A DNA stretch of 64,000 nt from Vicugna vicugna. Taxonomy: Eukaryota. Positions within the stretch are counted from its first letter, which is position 1. Every line of letters starts with the position of its first letter. Below, one piece after another: positions 29,890 through 42,410 of the stretch. The stretch covers positions 593,986 through 657,985 of the forward strand of contig MU058045.1 of the NCBI GenBank assembly GCA_013265495.1. Direction: 5' to 3'. The position numbers and the translations under genes are program-made. Below the pieces are notes generated by a model. That model did not search any database. It was given only the letters and a program-made list of their open reading frames with translations, and was not told the DNA's origin.

Positions 29890-30629
29890 TCAGAGATAGG
29901 GAGGCCCCACCAGGCTCTCTCTTTGCACCTCAATAGAAACGATGTGGTGTCCGGGTACCATGGCCAGGCCCAGCACACGGGGTTCCCCGGCAGAGAAGGA
30001 ATCTGGAAAGAAGGGTCAGAGCATCAGGGAGGCAGGCCAGCGTCGGTCCCACCCCTTCTGAGCCACGACTTCTAGCCCCAGAATAGAAGGGGTGCAGCCA
30101 GGCAATGAAGGGGAACTGCCTCGCCTGAGGCTCCGCCGCATTCCCAGGCAGGTCCTGCATTCCCTGGGCACTGACCCGATGGTTTGAGGAACTCCTGCGC
30201 CGAGCCCAAGATAACATTGCAGTCGCGGTCGGTGCAGAGGAAACAACCGACCAGTGTCCGTCCATCTGTCATGCGAATGCGCATAGTCTTGTTGAGCAGC
30301 GCCTCCAGCTGCTGCCTAGCGCGCGCAGAGGGCGAGTCCTCGCGCTCCCCATCTGAGTCCTGAAGGGGCGGGACACGCGCTCAGACCGCGCCGCCCCGGC
30401 TGCTGCCCGCCCGCGGAACCACAGCTCCCGACAGCCCGCGGGGCGCTCACACGAAGCCCAGAGGCTGCCGGGAGCTGCAGTTCCCCCTTCGTTCCCCCAT
30501 CTTGCTCCCCGACGGCCCCTCAATCCCAAAACCCGAGCCCGCGCTAACCCCGGCGCTGGAGCTGCTTTGACGCCGGCTGCAACAACCATTCTCCTCTCGT
30601 AGCAGCATGGTTGGTCCAGCGCCGGCCAT
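29890..30629 (-). CDS. NAA38: N-alpha-acetyltransferase 38, NatC auxiliary subunit (LSm fold), 125 aa
   Basis: Exons 30629-30549, 30359-30176, 30002-29890 total 378 nt. [15 protein letters not shown]..., LSm motif [50 protein letters not shown] on minus strand at 29854-29859. Confidence 0.95.
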
Positions 30630-31251
30630 TTGTCCCCGGGCCTCCTCCAGGCCCTTCGACTTCCTAACAACCTTTTGGGTCGGGTGGTCTGAGATCTCGC
30701 GAGCGCTCCCAACCTGTTTTCTTTCGCGAGATCACTTCTCTTCCTAGTCTCCCCAGTAACTGCAGAGATCTCGCGAGCTTTTCCTACTTCTGCGCGGTGG
30801 CTGACTGAGGCCTATTACGCCGGACGTTTTAAGATATCGCGAGAAATTTCTCACTTCTTTGGGTTCTTATCCTTTAGGAACCCCGGAATTTAGCAAGAAT
30901 ACCTTTTTTCAATATTCTCACTCCTCCTTTCCCTTGTTTCTCGGCCTCACGAGATAATCTGTCCTAAATACTCCTTATAGTCTAGGCCACTCTGAATTAA
31001 AACGGAGGGTGTTCTCTCAATTACTTGGATGCCGGAATCGGACTACGTTTCCCGTGAGCACGCGCAGCTCACGCCCCTCCTATTGCACGCAGCGTTTGAC
31101 CCCAGTCGACGGTGGCCGCAAAAGGACAATGGTTTCCATGTCAGCGGATAAACGCCCTCGCCTTAGCTCCTGGATGAGAGGGACGCTTACTGTGCGTCCT
31201 TAATAAGCGAGGAAGCAACTAAAGGAGCTCGTGACCGATAGAACAAGGACC
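30630..31251. promoter_or_regulatory. Bidirectional CpG promoter between NAA38 and CYB5D1
   Basis: Head-to-head ATGs about 620 bp apart; repeated TCTCGCGAGA-like palindromes, ZNF143-like ACTACGTTTCCC, CCGGAA, X-box-like GTTTCCATGTCAGC. Confidence 0.8.
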
Positions 31252-32746
31252 ATGCCGCGCCGGGGCCTAGTGCCCGGGCCAGACTTCGAGTATTTCCAGC
31301 GTCGCTATTTCACGCCGGCCGAGGTGGCCCGACACAACCAGCCGGAAGACCTCTGGGTGTCTTACCTGGGAAATGTGTACGACCTAACGCCGTTGGCACA
31401 GGAGTACAAAGGTAAAGGCCACGCTGTGGGCCAGCGACGGGGGCGTATTTGGGGGTTCTTGGTTCTTGGATTGCCAACGTTGACGGCGGCTGCTCTTTCC
31501 CAGGAGACCTTCTGCTGAAACCCATAGTCGAAGTTGCGGGCCAGGACGTCAGCCATTGGTTTGATCCAAAGACCAGAGACGTGAGTTCTGCTGGAACCTG
31601 GGGTTGAGGGGAGGTGCACTAGAGAGCGGGGATGAGGAGGGAAAAGCAGGGGTAAGCCAGAGCCCGAGGTAGTGGCTGCGCCGACTCCTCTCCCCCAAAC
31701 TCTGCTTTAAAGATCCGCAAGCACATAGATCCGCTGACCGGTTGCCTGAGATACCGCACTCCCCGGGGCCGCTTTCTGCACGTGCCGCCTCAGCTGCCCC
31801 GTTCTGACTGGGCCAATGATTTCGGGAAGCCTTGGTGGCAGGGGTCACGGTACGAGGTGGGGCGGCTGTCCGCCAAGACTCGGAATATCCGCATCATTAA
31901 CACGCTCACGTCGCAGGAGCACACACTGGAGGTGAGAACCGGTACCTGAGGGCAGGTTAGAGAGAACTGAGAATCCCAGCAAATCTGCAAGCAGATCCTC
32001 AGGTCAGCAGCTCTCCATGACCAGGAGCTGTATTTTCTTTCCATTTAGAGGTAACTGAGGAAATACCATCACCTAGGTACCCGGGGTTGGGAATTCAAGC
32101 AATGGCTGGGCCACAGGATACAAGAGACTTCTTCATAAGCCCAGGGCAACAATTCATGCATCTTAGTGATGGTGGTCCTCAGAAGCTCTTACGTGCTATG
32201 CTGTGTTTTGTACAGCAATTGCAATGGGACTCTCTTATTAGTCTGCTCTATTGTGAGGATGAGGTGAGAGGGCAGTGACTTTAGGGCCATCTGTTTATTA
32301 GAAGTGATCACCATAAAGACAGGATTTGGGGGCCATGCATTGCATGTTGGAGCTCCAACTTTATATCTGGGACTGTGGAGTGCCTTAAGCTGTTATCTGA
32401 CAAGGGAACCACTCTCACCCCACCTCTATCATCTTTTGGGCTCCTGGCCTTTGCTTGTGTGTGTGTGTGTCTACCACCCAGAATCCTGGGGATGGGGTGC
32501 TTTCGTGTTCTCCAGGTGGGGGCACTGGAATCCATGTGGGAAATCCTACACCGCTATCTCCCCTATAATGCACATGCTGCCAGCTACACATGGAAGTTTG
32601 AAGGCAAGAACCTGAACATGGATCAAACCCTGGAAGAGAATGGTATCCGGGATGAGGAGGAAGAATTTGATTATCTCAATATGGACAGTACACTCTACAC
32701 ACCTGCAGTACTGCTCTACTTCAATGATGACCTCACAGAGCTATAG
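31252..32746 (+). CDS. CYB5D1: Cytochrome b5 domain-containing protein 1, 228 aa
   Basis: Exons 31252-31411, 31504-31580, 31713-31931, 32516-32746 total 687 nt. Cytochrome b5-like [29 protein letters not shown]...AGQDVSHWF; ends [15 protein letters not shown] at 33004-33009. Confidence 0.95.
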
Positions 32747-35700
32747 GAAGATATATGCTCATGCAGACTCAAGACATATTTTGAGTTTAGCTGTTTCTGT
32801 GCCCTGCAGGAAGAGAGGTGGGGATTGGCGGGGGGTGGGGTGCACAGCGGCTCCTGAACCTAGACCTCCATTCCACTCTGGGAACTGGCCTGTGGTTCCC
32901 ATGCTTTCCTGAAGTGTAAAGGTCCTACTCCTCATTTAAATTTACTCTGAGGAAGTTAGGGAGAATGCTAGAAGTGCATTAAGTTTTAGGAATGATACAA
33001 GAAAATAAAGTATCTTAGATCAGAGAGATCTAAGAAGAGGGAGCTCTAAGAAGAAATCAGATAGAGCTCAGGCAGAACTTTTTGACAGTAAGAGAAAGAG
33101 AAGTCCTACACAGGGTCAAGGAATGGAAGAAGTTTTCTGGCAATGATGGAAATGGGATGGCTGCAGAAAGATGAGGTTTACAAAGATAGCAATAGGAAAT
33201 GTCTATCACTGGCCATACAAAACTGGGTTACTCCCTTCCGAATAGTATTTAGCAGCTGAAACCCAGGAGGAAGAAAGGAGGTGAACAGTCGCCAGGTAAT
33301 TCAGGCTAGATATTATGCTATGTGCTTGATACACCTCATTTAACACAACTACCCGTAAGATAGATACCATTACCACTATTTTACAGATAAGTCTTCTGAA
33401 GATTAGCAAGATTTAATAGCACAAAAGGCACACTAGTTAGTAACCAGAATGCAATGTTCTCCATGTTCTTCTCAATGTAAAGAGAGTATCTCAATGTCCA
33501 GGCTCGTTGCACAATGGGAACCTATAGTCCTATTGTGTAGTATGATGGGGGGTCTTTTGTTGTTATTTGGGGGGGTTGTTTGTTTGTTTTGGCTTTTGTT
33601 TTATTTTGCAGTTATTGTCTTTGGAAGGGAGTTAGCAGAGTTCTGCAGTGGCAGAGAGGGGACAGGGGAGGCTAAGCGTCAGCTGAGTAATAGCTATTGA
33701 GTCTACTTCCTGATTAATCCCATAGCAAAATTTTCCTCTTACTTGTCTGAGGCAAAGAGGTGGGCAAACACTGACTCCAGGAAAAACTAGTGGGAAAAGG
33801 GCCTTTGGATTGGGACACTTTAGTTGGGGGAGCAAAAAGGAGGCAAACAGCACAGTATATTCATGATGGGCCTGTGCCTCTGAGGGAATATGAGGAGGAC
33901 AAGGTCATCTTTGTAATATGGTCAGTTTACAAGAAGGGGCTTGACAGAGGTAATGTAAAGAGAGGAGCTAATTAAGTCAGAAAACTCCTGGTGTTCAAAA
34001 GAGAACAACCATGGAAGGCAGTGGCCAGATTTGGTCCCCTTTAACCGAAACAAGGAAGGAAAATGAGAATAACAGGTAGATTTCCTGACAGTAGCAGGCA
34101 AAAAAGGATGTAATTGGCTGGCTGGCTGATAGATTGTAAGCTCACAAGAGCAGAGATCATGTCCATCTTGTTCATTGTTGGGCACACAGTTGCTGCTCAA
34201 TAAATGTTGATTGAATGAACTCAAATGTTAAGTGAATTCATCTGTCTATAATAACTAGTGGACGGGATGTTGTGTCCTGGGGGTCAAGGTGAGACCAAGA
34301 AATAGGATGTCTGGATCCTGTGCCGTAATCTATCCATGGGTTTCTCTTTCCTTGTTCACTACAGATCCAAGACCAAAAATTACTCCACAGAGCTTCTTTC
34401 TTTCACCAGAGATTTTTGGGGAAATCTACCTGTTATTTCTCCATATGCCCACCAGGTGGCTGCAACTGCCTATAGAGTCAGGGGCAGGTACTGGATGGAG
34501 GGAAAAGTTCCAAATTCTAAACAGGAACTTGTTTAGGATTAAAGGTAGCCGGTGGAAATGTATAGGTGGGAGGCAAGGATCAGAAGAAAAGGGAAAACAA
34601 CATGGCCACCATTCTATTAGCATTAGGATTACTCCTGTCTTTAATTTTTTCACAAGCACATGCCAGGACAGTGTGGTCTGAGAAATAAAACTCATGGAAT
34701 ATAGTAAGTAGGGGGTCTGATGACAGGTGTTAGTGTGTACAGGGTTAGGCACAGAGCTGTGGAGGGAAGAAAGAAGACAAATTTTCACATAACAGAGTAC
34801 ACTCATTTACTATTAGTGATTGGTTGGTTGGTTGGTTTTTCTACAAAACCTTGTTCTCTGAAGATCCAAGACTGGGTATTTGCATGAAGAGTATGTAAAT
34901 AATGCCTCAGCCAAAAACCTATAACATAAATAGAACATGAGTCTAGGGTCCAGGTCCTTCTGTGGTGATCTCTTTCGTTTTGGAGGGAGATGAGGTGGTG
35001 GGTGGAATCTTGAAGGAAAGTTGTCTGTCTTTAGTACATCACAGCAGCATCAAAGGACTCAGTTGGCAAATATTTCCCACAAGCCTCACTCACTATATGC
35101 GCTCATTATAGAGAGTAATAAAAGTTGTATGTTCTCTTCAGGAGCTTACCCATTCAATGGGATAAAACATACACACATGAAAAGGTAAATGAAAACAGTA
35201 TGTGATAAAGGACCAAATTATGGTTTAGAGAAAGCTTCTATCTTCATGAAATCACAGTGGGTTCGTAACCTGGACCTTGAGAAATGGTTTCTAAATATTG
35301 TGTGTGTGTGTGTGTGTGCGCGCTCCAGCAGATGTGTATTATTTTGGAGAGAGGTGCTATAAGTCCCCTCACAGTCCCAAAATGGCCCAACCCCCTGCCC
35401 CTGAAATAGTACACACACGCCATAATAAATAAAGACCCTTAAAAGTAAAATCAAAGGTGACAATATACTGTGGTTCTAGGATTCCTGGCACCTGTCTCAA
35501 TGGTCGACTTCAGCCTCTTACAACTGTATTTCCATGGGAGCAATTCCTAAAGCTTTTTAAGCCTTGGGGCTACATTTATAACTAGTCTGAAACATTTTAC
35601 TCTGGCCCCAAATTCTGATCTGGACATACCTTGGAGCAGAGTAAGGGGATCTATCATTTGGACCTGGGACTATAACACTCCATCATGACATCAGGATAAG

Positions 35701-36059
35701 GTTAATGCAGCCAGTACCCTCAACTGAGTTTTGGTAAACCACATAGATGTGTTGATTCAGGAGAACAGTCACTTTATGAATGATCAGCTAGAGGGCATGG
35801 AGGTTTAGTTGTAGAGAGAGCAGACAATTTGAAACCCGAATGATCTTGAAAGTCAAAGATTAGGTTTTCAAAATACAAACAGATATGCAGCCCAAGTACT
35901 GGGAAACACTAAAAAAAAAAAAAAGTTGGTGAATGAATAAATGTAGTGAGGCCATTAAAATGGGGTCAGGGATCAAGGAGGTTGAGACAAGGGACGTGAT
36001 GGTAGAGATACTGCTAGAATTAAGTGTCTTACTGGGAGAAACTCAGTGCCTGCCTTTTG

Positions 36060-36185
36060 TTTATTTATTTATTTATCTTAAATTTATTTATTTACTTTTA
36101 TTTAATTTTTATTACTTTTTAAAATTGAAGTACAGTCAGTTACAATGTGTCGATTTCTGGTGTACAGCACAATGTCCCAGCCATA
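36060..36185 (-). mobile_element. L1 3' terminal fragment
   Basis: (TTTA)n tail followed by ttgaagtacagtcagttacaatgtg...tttctggtgtacagcac. Confidence 0.65.
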
Positions 36186-36706
36186 AGCCGGCACTTTGTG
36201 CCAGGCACCATTCCAGGTACTGGGGATACAGCAGTGAATGAGACAGGCAAGGTTCCTGCTTTACTGGGACTTACACTCTGATGGGATAAACAATAAACAT
36301 GTAGACAAGACCATTTCAGATAGTGCTAAAAGCTATATATTATATATGTATATATACACACATATGAACACATACACATATATACATATATATACACCAG
36401 AAGTACTATAAAAACACAGAATCGTGAGAGTGATGGTCGAATGATTGGGGGCTTGTCTGAGATGATTACAAAGATTGATATAGGTCTGCATTACCTGCAT
36501 TAATCACTTAATCCTCATAACAAACTTAAATACTATTTTTATTTACACTGAAAAAAGAAGGAAAGTGAAGCACAGAGAGGTTAAGTAACTTGCCAAAGGT
36601 CATACAACTAGTAAGTAGCAGAGGTGGGCTTTAAAACAAGACAGTCATAGGCCACCCACTTAACCACTGAATTGCATAACCTTCCTGCATGACAGACATA
36701 GGATGC

Positions 36707-37185
36707 TGTTCCACTTACCTATTGCTGCTTAACAAAACCATCCCAAGATTTAAGTGGCTTAAAACAACTACCATCATTTATTTTGCTAATGAATCTGTAA
36801 CTTGGGCAGGGTTCAGTGGGGACAGCTCATTTCTACTCCAAAAGGTGTCTACTGGGTGGACTGGTGGAAGCTGTAGGATTCACTTTCCGAATATCTCACT
36901 CACAAATGGCTGGCAAGTTGAGGCTGTCTATTCGTTCTTCTCTATGTGGGCTCCTACACAGGGCAGCTTGGGTGTTCTCATAGCATGGTGGCTGGATTCC
37001 AAAAGCAAGTATCCCAGGAGAACCAGGAGGAAGCTGAATCAACTTTCATGACCTCATTTCAGATCCAAGGGGATGGAATTAGACCTCACTTCTCAGTGGG
37101 AAGAATGACAATGTCACACTGTAATAAGAGCATTTTGGGTGTGATATTACTGTGGCCATTTTTGGAAAATACAATTGGCCACAAA
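36707..37185. mobile_element. MaLR LTR (MLT1-like) remnant
   Basis: ctattgctgcttaacaaaccatcccaagatttaagtggcttaaaacaac...ttgggcagggttcagtggggacagctc resembles MLT1 consensus; ends ...ggccaca. Confidence 0.6.
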
Positions 37186-38365
37186 TGCACTAGAGGCAAA
37201 AGGAGGAATATCTAATTATCTAATCATTCTTGGGTGGGAGTGGGGCATTGAGCCTTTCTTGAAAAACTAAGTTGGAATCCTGGCCACCCCTGTCCATTTA
37301 TTTAATTAACTAATACTGAGCATCTACTATCTAACAGGCACAATTCTGGACTCTGTGAATACACTAGTAAGACATAATTTCTGCCCTCAAGGAGCTTACA
37401 GGTTAGTGGGAATTCAGAGAAGTTTTTGAGCCTCATAACTTGTTAGCTTCTTCCACTTGTACACAGCAGCCAAGGGAAGCTTTTAAAGTTTCCCTGTTTA
37501 AGTCTTCAAAGGCTTCCAACACTCTTAAGAGGACATTCTTACCATAATCCACAAGGCCCTGCATGATTTGGCCCTCCCAAGCTCTTCTTTATCTCTCACG
37601 TTAGCCTTTCAGTTTCTGAAACTCCCCCAAGCCTTCTCACATGCTGTTCCTCTGCATGGAACACTACCCCCTCCACTCATCATTTGGCCACACCTGATTC
37701 TTAAAATCTTTACTTAAATGTTACTTTCTCAAAGAAGTCTTCCCTGATCACTTCAATTATGTCAAATCTTTGATCATACCCTCTCAAGTTGCCCTAAAAC
37801 ATTGTAATTACAAGGAAAATACTTAGTGTAATTTGTTGTTTAATGTCCATCTTTCTCCCTATTTAGACTATAAGCTCTAGGAGGGCAGGGATCATGACTT
37901 TTATTTGCCACTGAATATCTAGCACCTAGCCCAGTGCTCAGCCCAGAGCAGTTACACACTCAATATTCATAAAATGGACAAATGTAATGTGATAAATGCT
38001 ACAAAAGGGCTAAGTAAGAAATGGCTTGGGAATACCTGAACACAGTCTGGGGAGATCAGGGAAGGCTTTCTAGAGAAGCATCATCTCAAGCTGAGACCAG
38101 AAGGACAAGGAGAAGGTAGCCAAGTGAAGAGGAGGGAGAGGGTAAGGAGAAAGAATAGCATAAATAGTGCAGAGTTTAGAGGTGAGGGGGTGCATGGAGA
38201 GCTCAGAAGCAGACGGAAGCGCAGAACAGTACAGCTAAGAGGAGGTGTGAGGCCTGGGGAGAGTGGGCAATGAGATACTGAGGTCAGACCAGGTCCCGTG
38301 AGACTTTGTAAACCAGGTTAAATTTTTTTTAAATTGAGATATAATTTACATATTGTAAAATTCAC

Positions 38366-38482
38366 TTTTTTATTTGGGGGGACCAGGTACTTAGGTTATT
38401 TTTAACGGAGATACTGGGGTTTGAACCCATAACCTTGTGCATGCTAAGCATGCATTCTAATACTGAGCTATACCCTCCTCCC
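38366..38482 (-). mobile_element. Second tRNA-derived (vic-1-like) SINE
   Basis: atactggggtttgaacccataaccttgtgcatgctaagcatgcattctaatactgagctataccctcc is homologous to the copy at 2006-2124. Confidence 0.75.
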
Positions 38483-41400
38483 AGAATTCCCCCTTTTAAA
38501 GTGTACAATGCAAGCTTAAGGGTTATATAAGGAGAATATCATGATCATATATGCATTTTAAAAAAGCGACTACAATATCAAGAGAGAATGGATTGGAGGG
38601 GAGAAAACGGGACAAGGAAATGGAGACAGACTGATGCTGTTGCAACAGTTGAGGAGAGATGAAGGTAGTCAGAATGAAGGTCAGGTCAGAAAAGATGAAG
38701 GTAAGAGAGAATTATATAACTCGATAATGTATTGGGAGGGAGTCTGAGGCAGAGGGAGGAGTCAAAGATGATACCCAAGTTTCTAGCCTGGGTGACCAAG
38801 AGGATGATGGGTCCACCGACAAAGAAGAGTAATGCTGGAAGAAGAGTTTGGGAAGAACGGTGATGTATTTTTGGTTGGCTTTCTTAAGTAACTTTGGGGC
38901 ATGCAAATCCAGATGTCCAGATCTTACCAGGTATGTGGTAGTAGATCCTGAATAGGCTCTGGGCTAAAGTTAAAGGTGTGGGAATCTATCAGCAGGGAGT
39001 AACCATTACCGAAGTCAAGAATGAGGTCAATTCAGAATAAAGTGTGATCTATGAGGAAGGCCTGGGAGGAACAATATCTAAGGGACGGGAGAAGGAGATT
39101 TAGAAGGGAGAGCCAAACTGGTGAGAGAGACCCTGGAAAATGGTGCTAGGGAAGCCAAAGAGAGAGTATTAGAGGAAGGAAAGGTAAACAGTGTGAAATG
39201 TCACACAGAGGTCAAGGAAGGTGAGGACTTGAGCACCCATGGATTTATTGAACAGCAAAATGGTGGTGTGTTGAAGAAGTCAAGACTGTAGTTAAGAGAA
39301 AGGAATAGCTCAACATGTAAGACTGTAGTAGGATGAAGTATGAATGGGATATTCACAGAAGAAATCCAGCTACCGAAGGGAGTTTTCTGGCTTTGTAACC
39401 ATGCACAGAATACTTTTCTTCTTTTAGATTCCATTTCTTCAACCATAAAATATGGATAATAGAAATTAAGGTTTCACTGAGGACAACAGGCATAAACCAG
39501 GACAGGGTCACTTAAAAAGAATCTACCTTACAGTGTTGTTGAGAAGATTAAACAAGATAAGGTTGGGAAAATGCCCAGCAGCATAAAAGGTCCTTGGAAC
39601 AGGTACTCAAAATTTTTAGTTTTCTTTCCCTTTCCTTGTGCTAGCCAGTCTTTATTTAGCAATGAATGCTCCCCTTGGGATTTCCTGAGAGTCAGCATTA
39701 TTCGGCATCCAGGTAACATCTGTCATGATTAGAAAATTAGTAGACCAAATCTGTGGCTAACATTTGGTTTCCAACCCAACAACAATGTTTGTGCCTCCAT
39801 TGGGAGATGTGAATACGGTAAAATGTGGTTTGTTTCATAGAATGCCAGAGTTAAGCGTATTTATATGAAGTTGGGGAAAGGAAGGAAATGGGGCCAACGA
39901 CTGGGAGCAAGAATAACTAAAGTCAGCCCTTTGCTCCTTCAGTTTAAGGTGCTATTCATAACTCAGGTGTGAATCCTCTCACCTTAGAATCACCTTAAGC
40001 GAGTCTCTCTGAAGTGAGAAATGGCTAATTGCTAACTTGATTGTTTAGAACAATAGCTATCAATTAGCAAATGCCTTATAGCCAGTGCTTTATGTAAGTT
40101 AGCTCACTAATCTTCACTAGAACTATGTGACATAGGCATTAATATCCCTGTTTTAAAGAATAAGGTTGCTGAGACTTGAGGGATAAGTTGCTTACCCAGG
40201 CTCACTGTTAGTAAGTGGCAAAACTTGGATTCCAGATGCTACCTGACATCAGAGCTCAAACTCTTTTCTCTAATGGAGGGAGTGGATAACTTCATTACTT
40301 AGTTCTGGAATACATTTTAGGAGTCATACAGTTTTGCAATATAGCATTTTTAAAAAATTAGTTGATTTTAATATAATGATCATATTTAATTTAGTGTGAA
40401 ATTAAAGTAACTCTCCCTGTCCAGAGAGTTAGGTGGTGAAAGGGCCCACAGGCAAGCAAAGTGGCAGGAGGACGTGAGCTTGGGATTAGCCAGGAAAGGT
40501 GTCAGGGCAATTCTGCTGAAACAACTGGGGCTTAACCACAGATGGGAAGCAAGGCATTCAGACTGGCCAGTCAATGAAAAACTATTAAAGAAACTGTTAA
40601 AAGGCAATGTCAAAAGAGAAAAAAAATTTAGTATTTGCCATTTTGTATAAAACTATTACATTCAGTTTCCATCACAGTGGTCAATCAAAGCAGGTCTAAA
40701 AGAAACTGGGAGAAGACAAAGACAACAATTTGGGGCTTAAATCTTCCTTTTCTTCTTAAGATATTCCTTTTACTCAATGAAGAGCAAAGGAAAGGATTTA
40801 GTTAAAAGGCAGCAACAGAAGCATGAGCAGATGTGAGATCACACACTCGCATAGATCACAACGACTATTTAAAGAAGGGGTGGTCAAGTTAACAGCTCAG
40901 AAATATCCTCTGAATTTAGTAATCAGCTTGTTGGGAATCTTGTAAAAGCAGTTTCAGTGGAGTGGCAGGGCAGTAGGTTGGAAAATGAGTGTAGATTCCT
41001 TCAAGCATGGCTGTGGGTGGGCATAGAGAGGTAGGGTGGCAACTAAGGGGTCCAGCATGTCTCTTTAAGTAGGGAGATTTGAGCACATTTCAGTGTCATT
41101 GGGAAGGAGCAAGTAGAATGGGAGATAAAGGAGAGTTACCATTAGCCCCTGAGAAAGTGGCAGGGCTGGGAGCCAGAGCCCAAGTGGAGGTTTAAGCTTT
41201 GGAGGTTTAAGGATAGGAGGGAGGAAAGGATAAACGTGAATACAGTTAAATACGTAGGTTTAGTGTCAGTATTTCAAGGAAGTTCTCATTTGATGATCTG
41301 TCTCCTGGAAGCAGATGATAAAATGTTCTACTGGAGTGTAAAGTGGAAGAGATTTGAGGAAACTTTGAAAAAGTCACCATGGAGAACGGAAAGGAAGTTG

Positions 41401-42149
41401 ACTAGGAAAGAGGATTTCTGAGAGGTCTGGAGTGGTCATGGTATTTTCTTCAGTGGCACTTTGCATTCTGAGTGTAAACAGCCAGCCAGACTGATCCAAG
41501 GTTAGAGGGTTGCAGAAGAAGATAAAGAGGGCACTGAGATACCCACAGCAGAGTGGCTGAAATGACAGACCATGGAATGTAAGTTAGATAGGGAGGGAGG
41601 TGAAGACATGGTGGGGCTAATGGAAGAATTAAGGGGTTAGAGGGTCGGGTGGGTCCAAGAACAGTGGATAAACGAGAGAGCTGGAAGTATAGAAAGCTGT
41701 AGTCAAAGCAGGAGGCTTGAATTTAATATTTCAGAAGAGGTAATATTTTTTCAGAAGAGGTAAGAATTTTGTATTTCCCAGAGGTGGGAGAGAAGTGGAA
41801 TGGAGAGGAAGCTCTCTGGTTAGGAAGTCAAGGACAGGACTGAGCCAGGTGTCAGCCTTCAATGAAAGAGAATAATCAGGAGGTAAGCAGATGACACCCA
41901 GGGAGAGAAATGGAGGGGTATACAGCCAGACTGCAGGAGCCTTAAAGAAATAGGGGCTCTTTACATAAGATGGGGGAATCTGGAAGCTACCATGGAGATA
42001 AAAGAATTAAGAGTTCCTCAGATATGTGAACTGTTCCCAGGTTTGTTTTCCATATCACTGTATTTTAAACTGACTTTTTGGGACTACCAAACTTTATGAA
42101 CAAATGTTTGATACTCACTGTCTCCTATTCTTTCTTTCCACATATATGT

Positions 42150-42410
42150 ATTTTTAATTATATTGAAGTATAGTTGGTTTACAATGTATTAATTTCTGGT
42201 GTACAGCATAATGATTCAGAGATATATAGATATATATATAGATAGATAGATATATAGATATATATTCCTTTTCATATTCTTTTTCATTATAGGCTATTAC
42301 AAGGTATTGAATATAGTTCCCTGTGCTATACAGTAGGACCTTGCTGTTTATCTATTTTATACATAGTAGTACTGCAAATCCCAAACTCCCAAATTATCCC
42401 TCATGACCTT
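42150..42410 (-). mobile_element. L1 3' fragment containing a (GATATATA)n microsatellite
   Basis: ttgaagtatagttggtttacaatg...gaatatagttccctgtgctatacagtaggacc. Confidence 0.7.
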
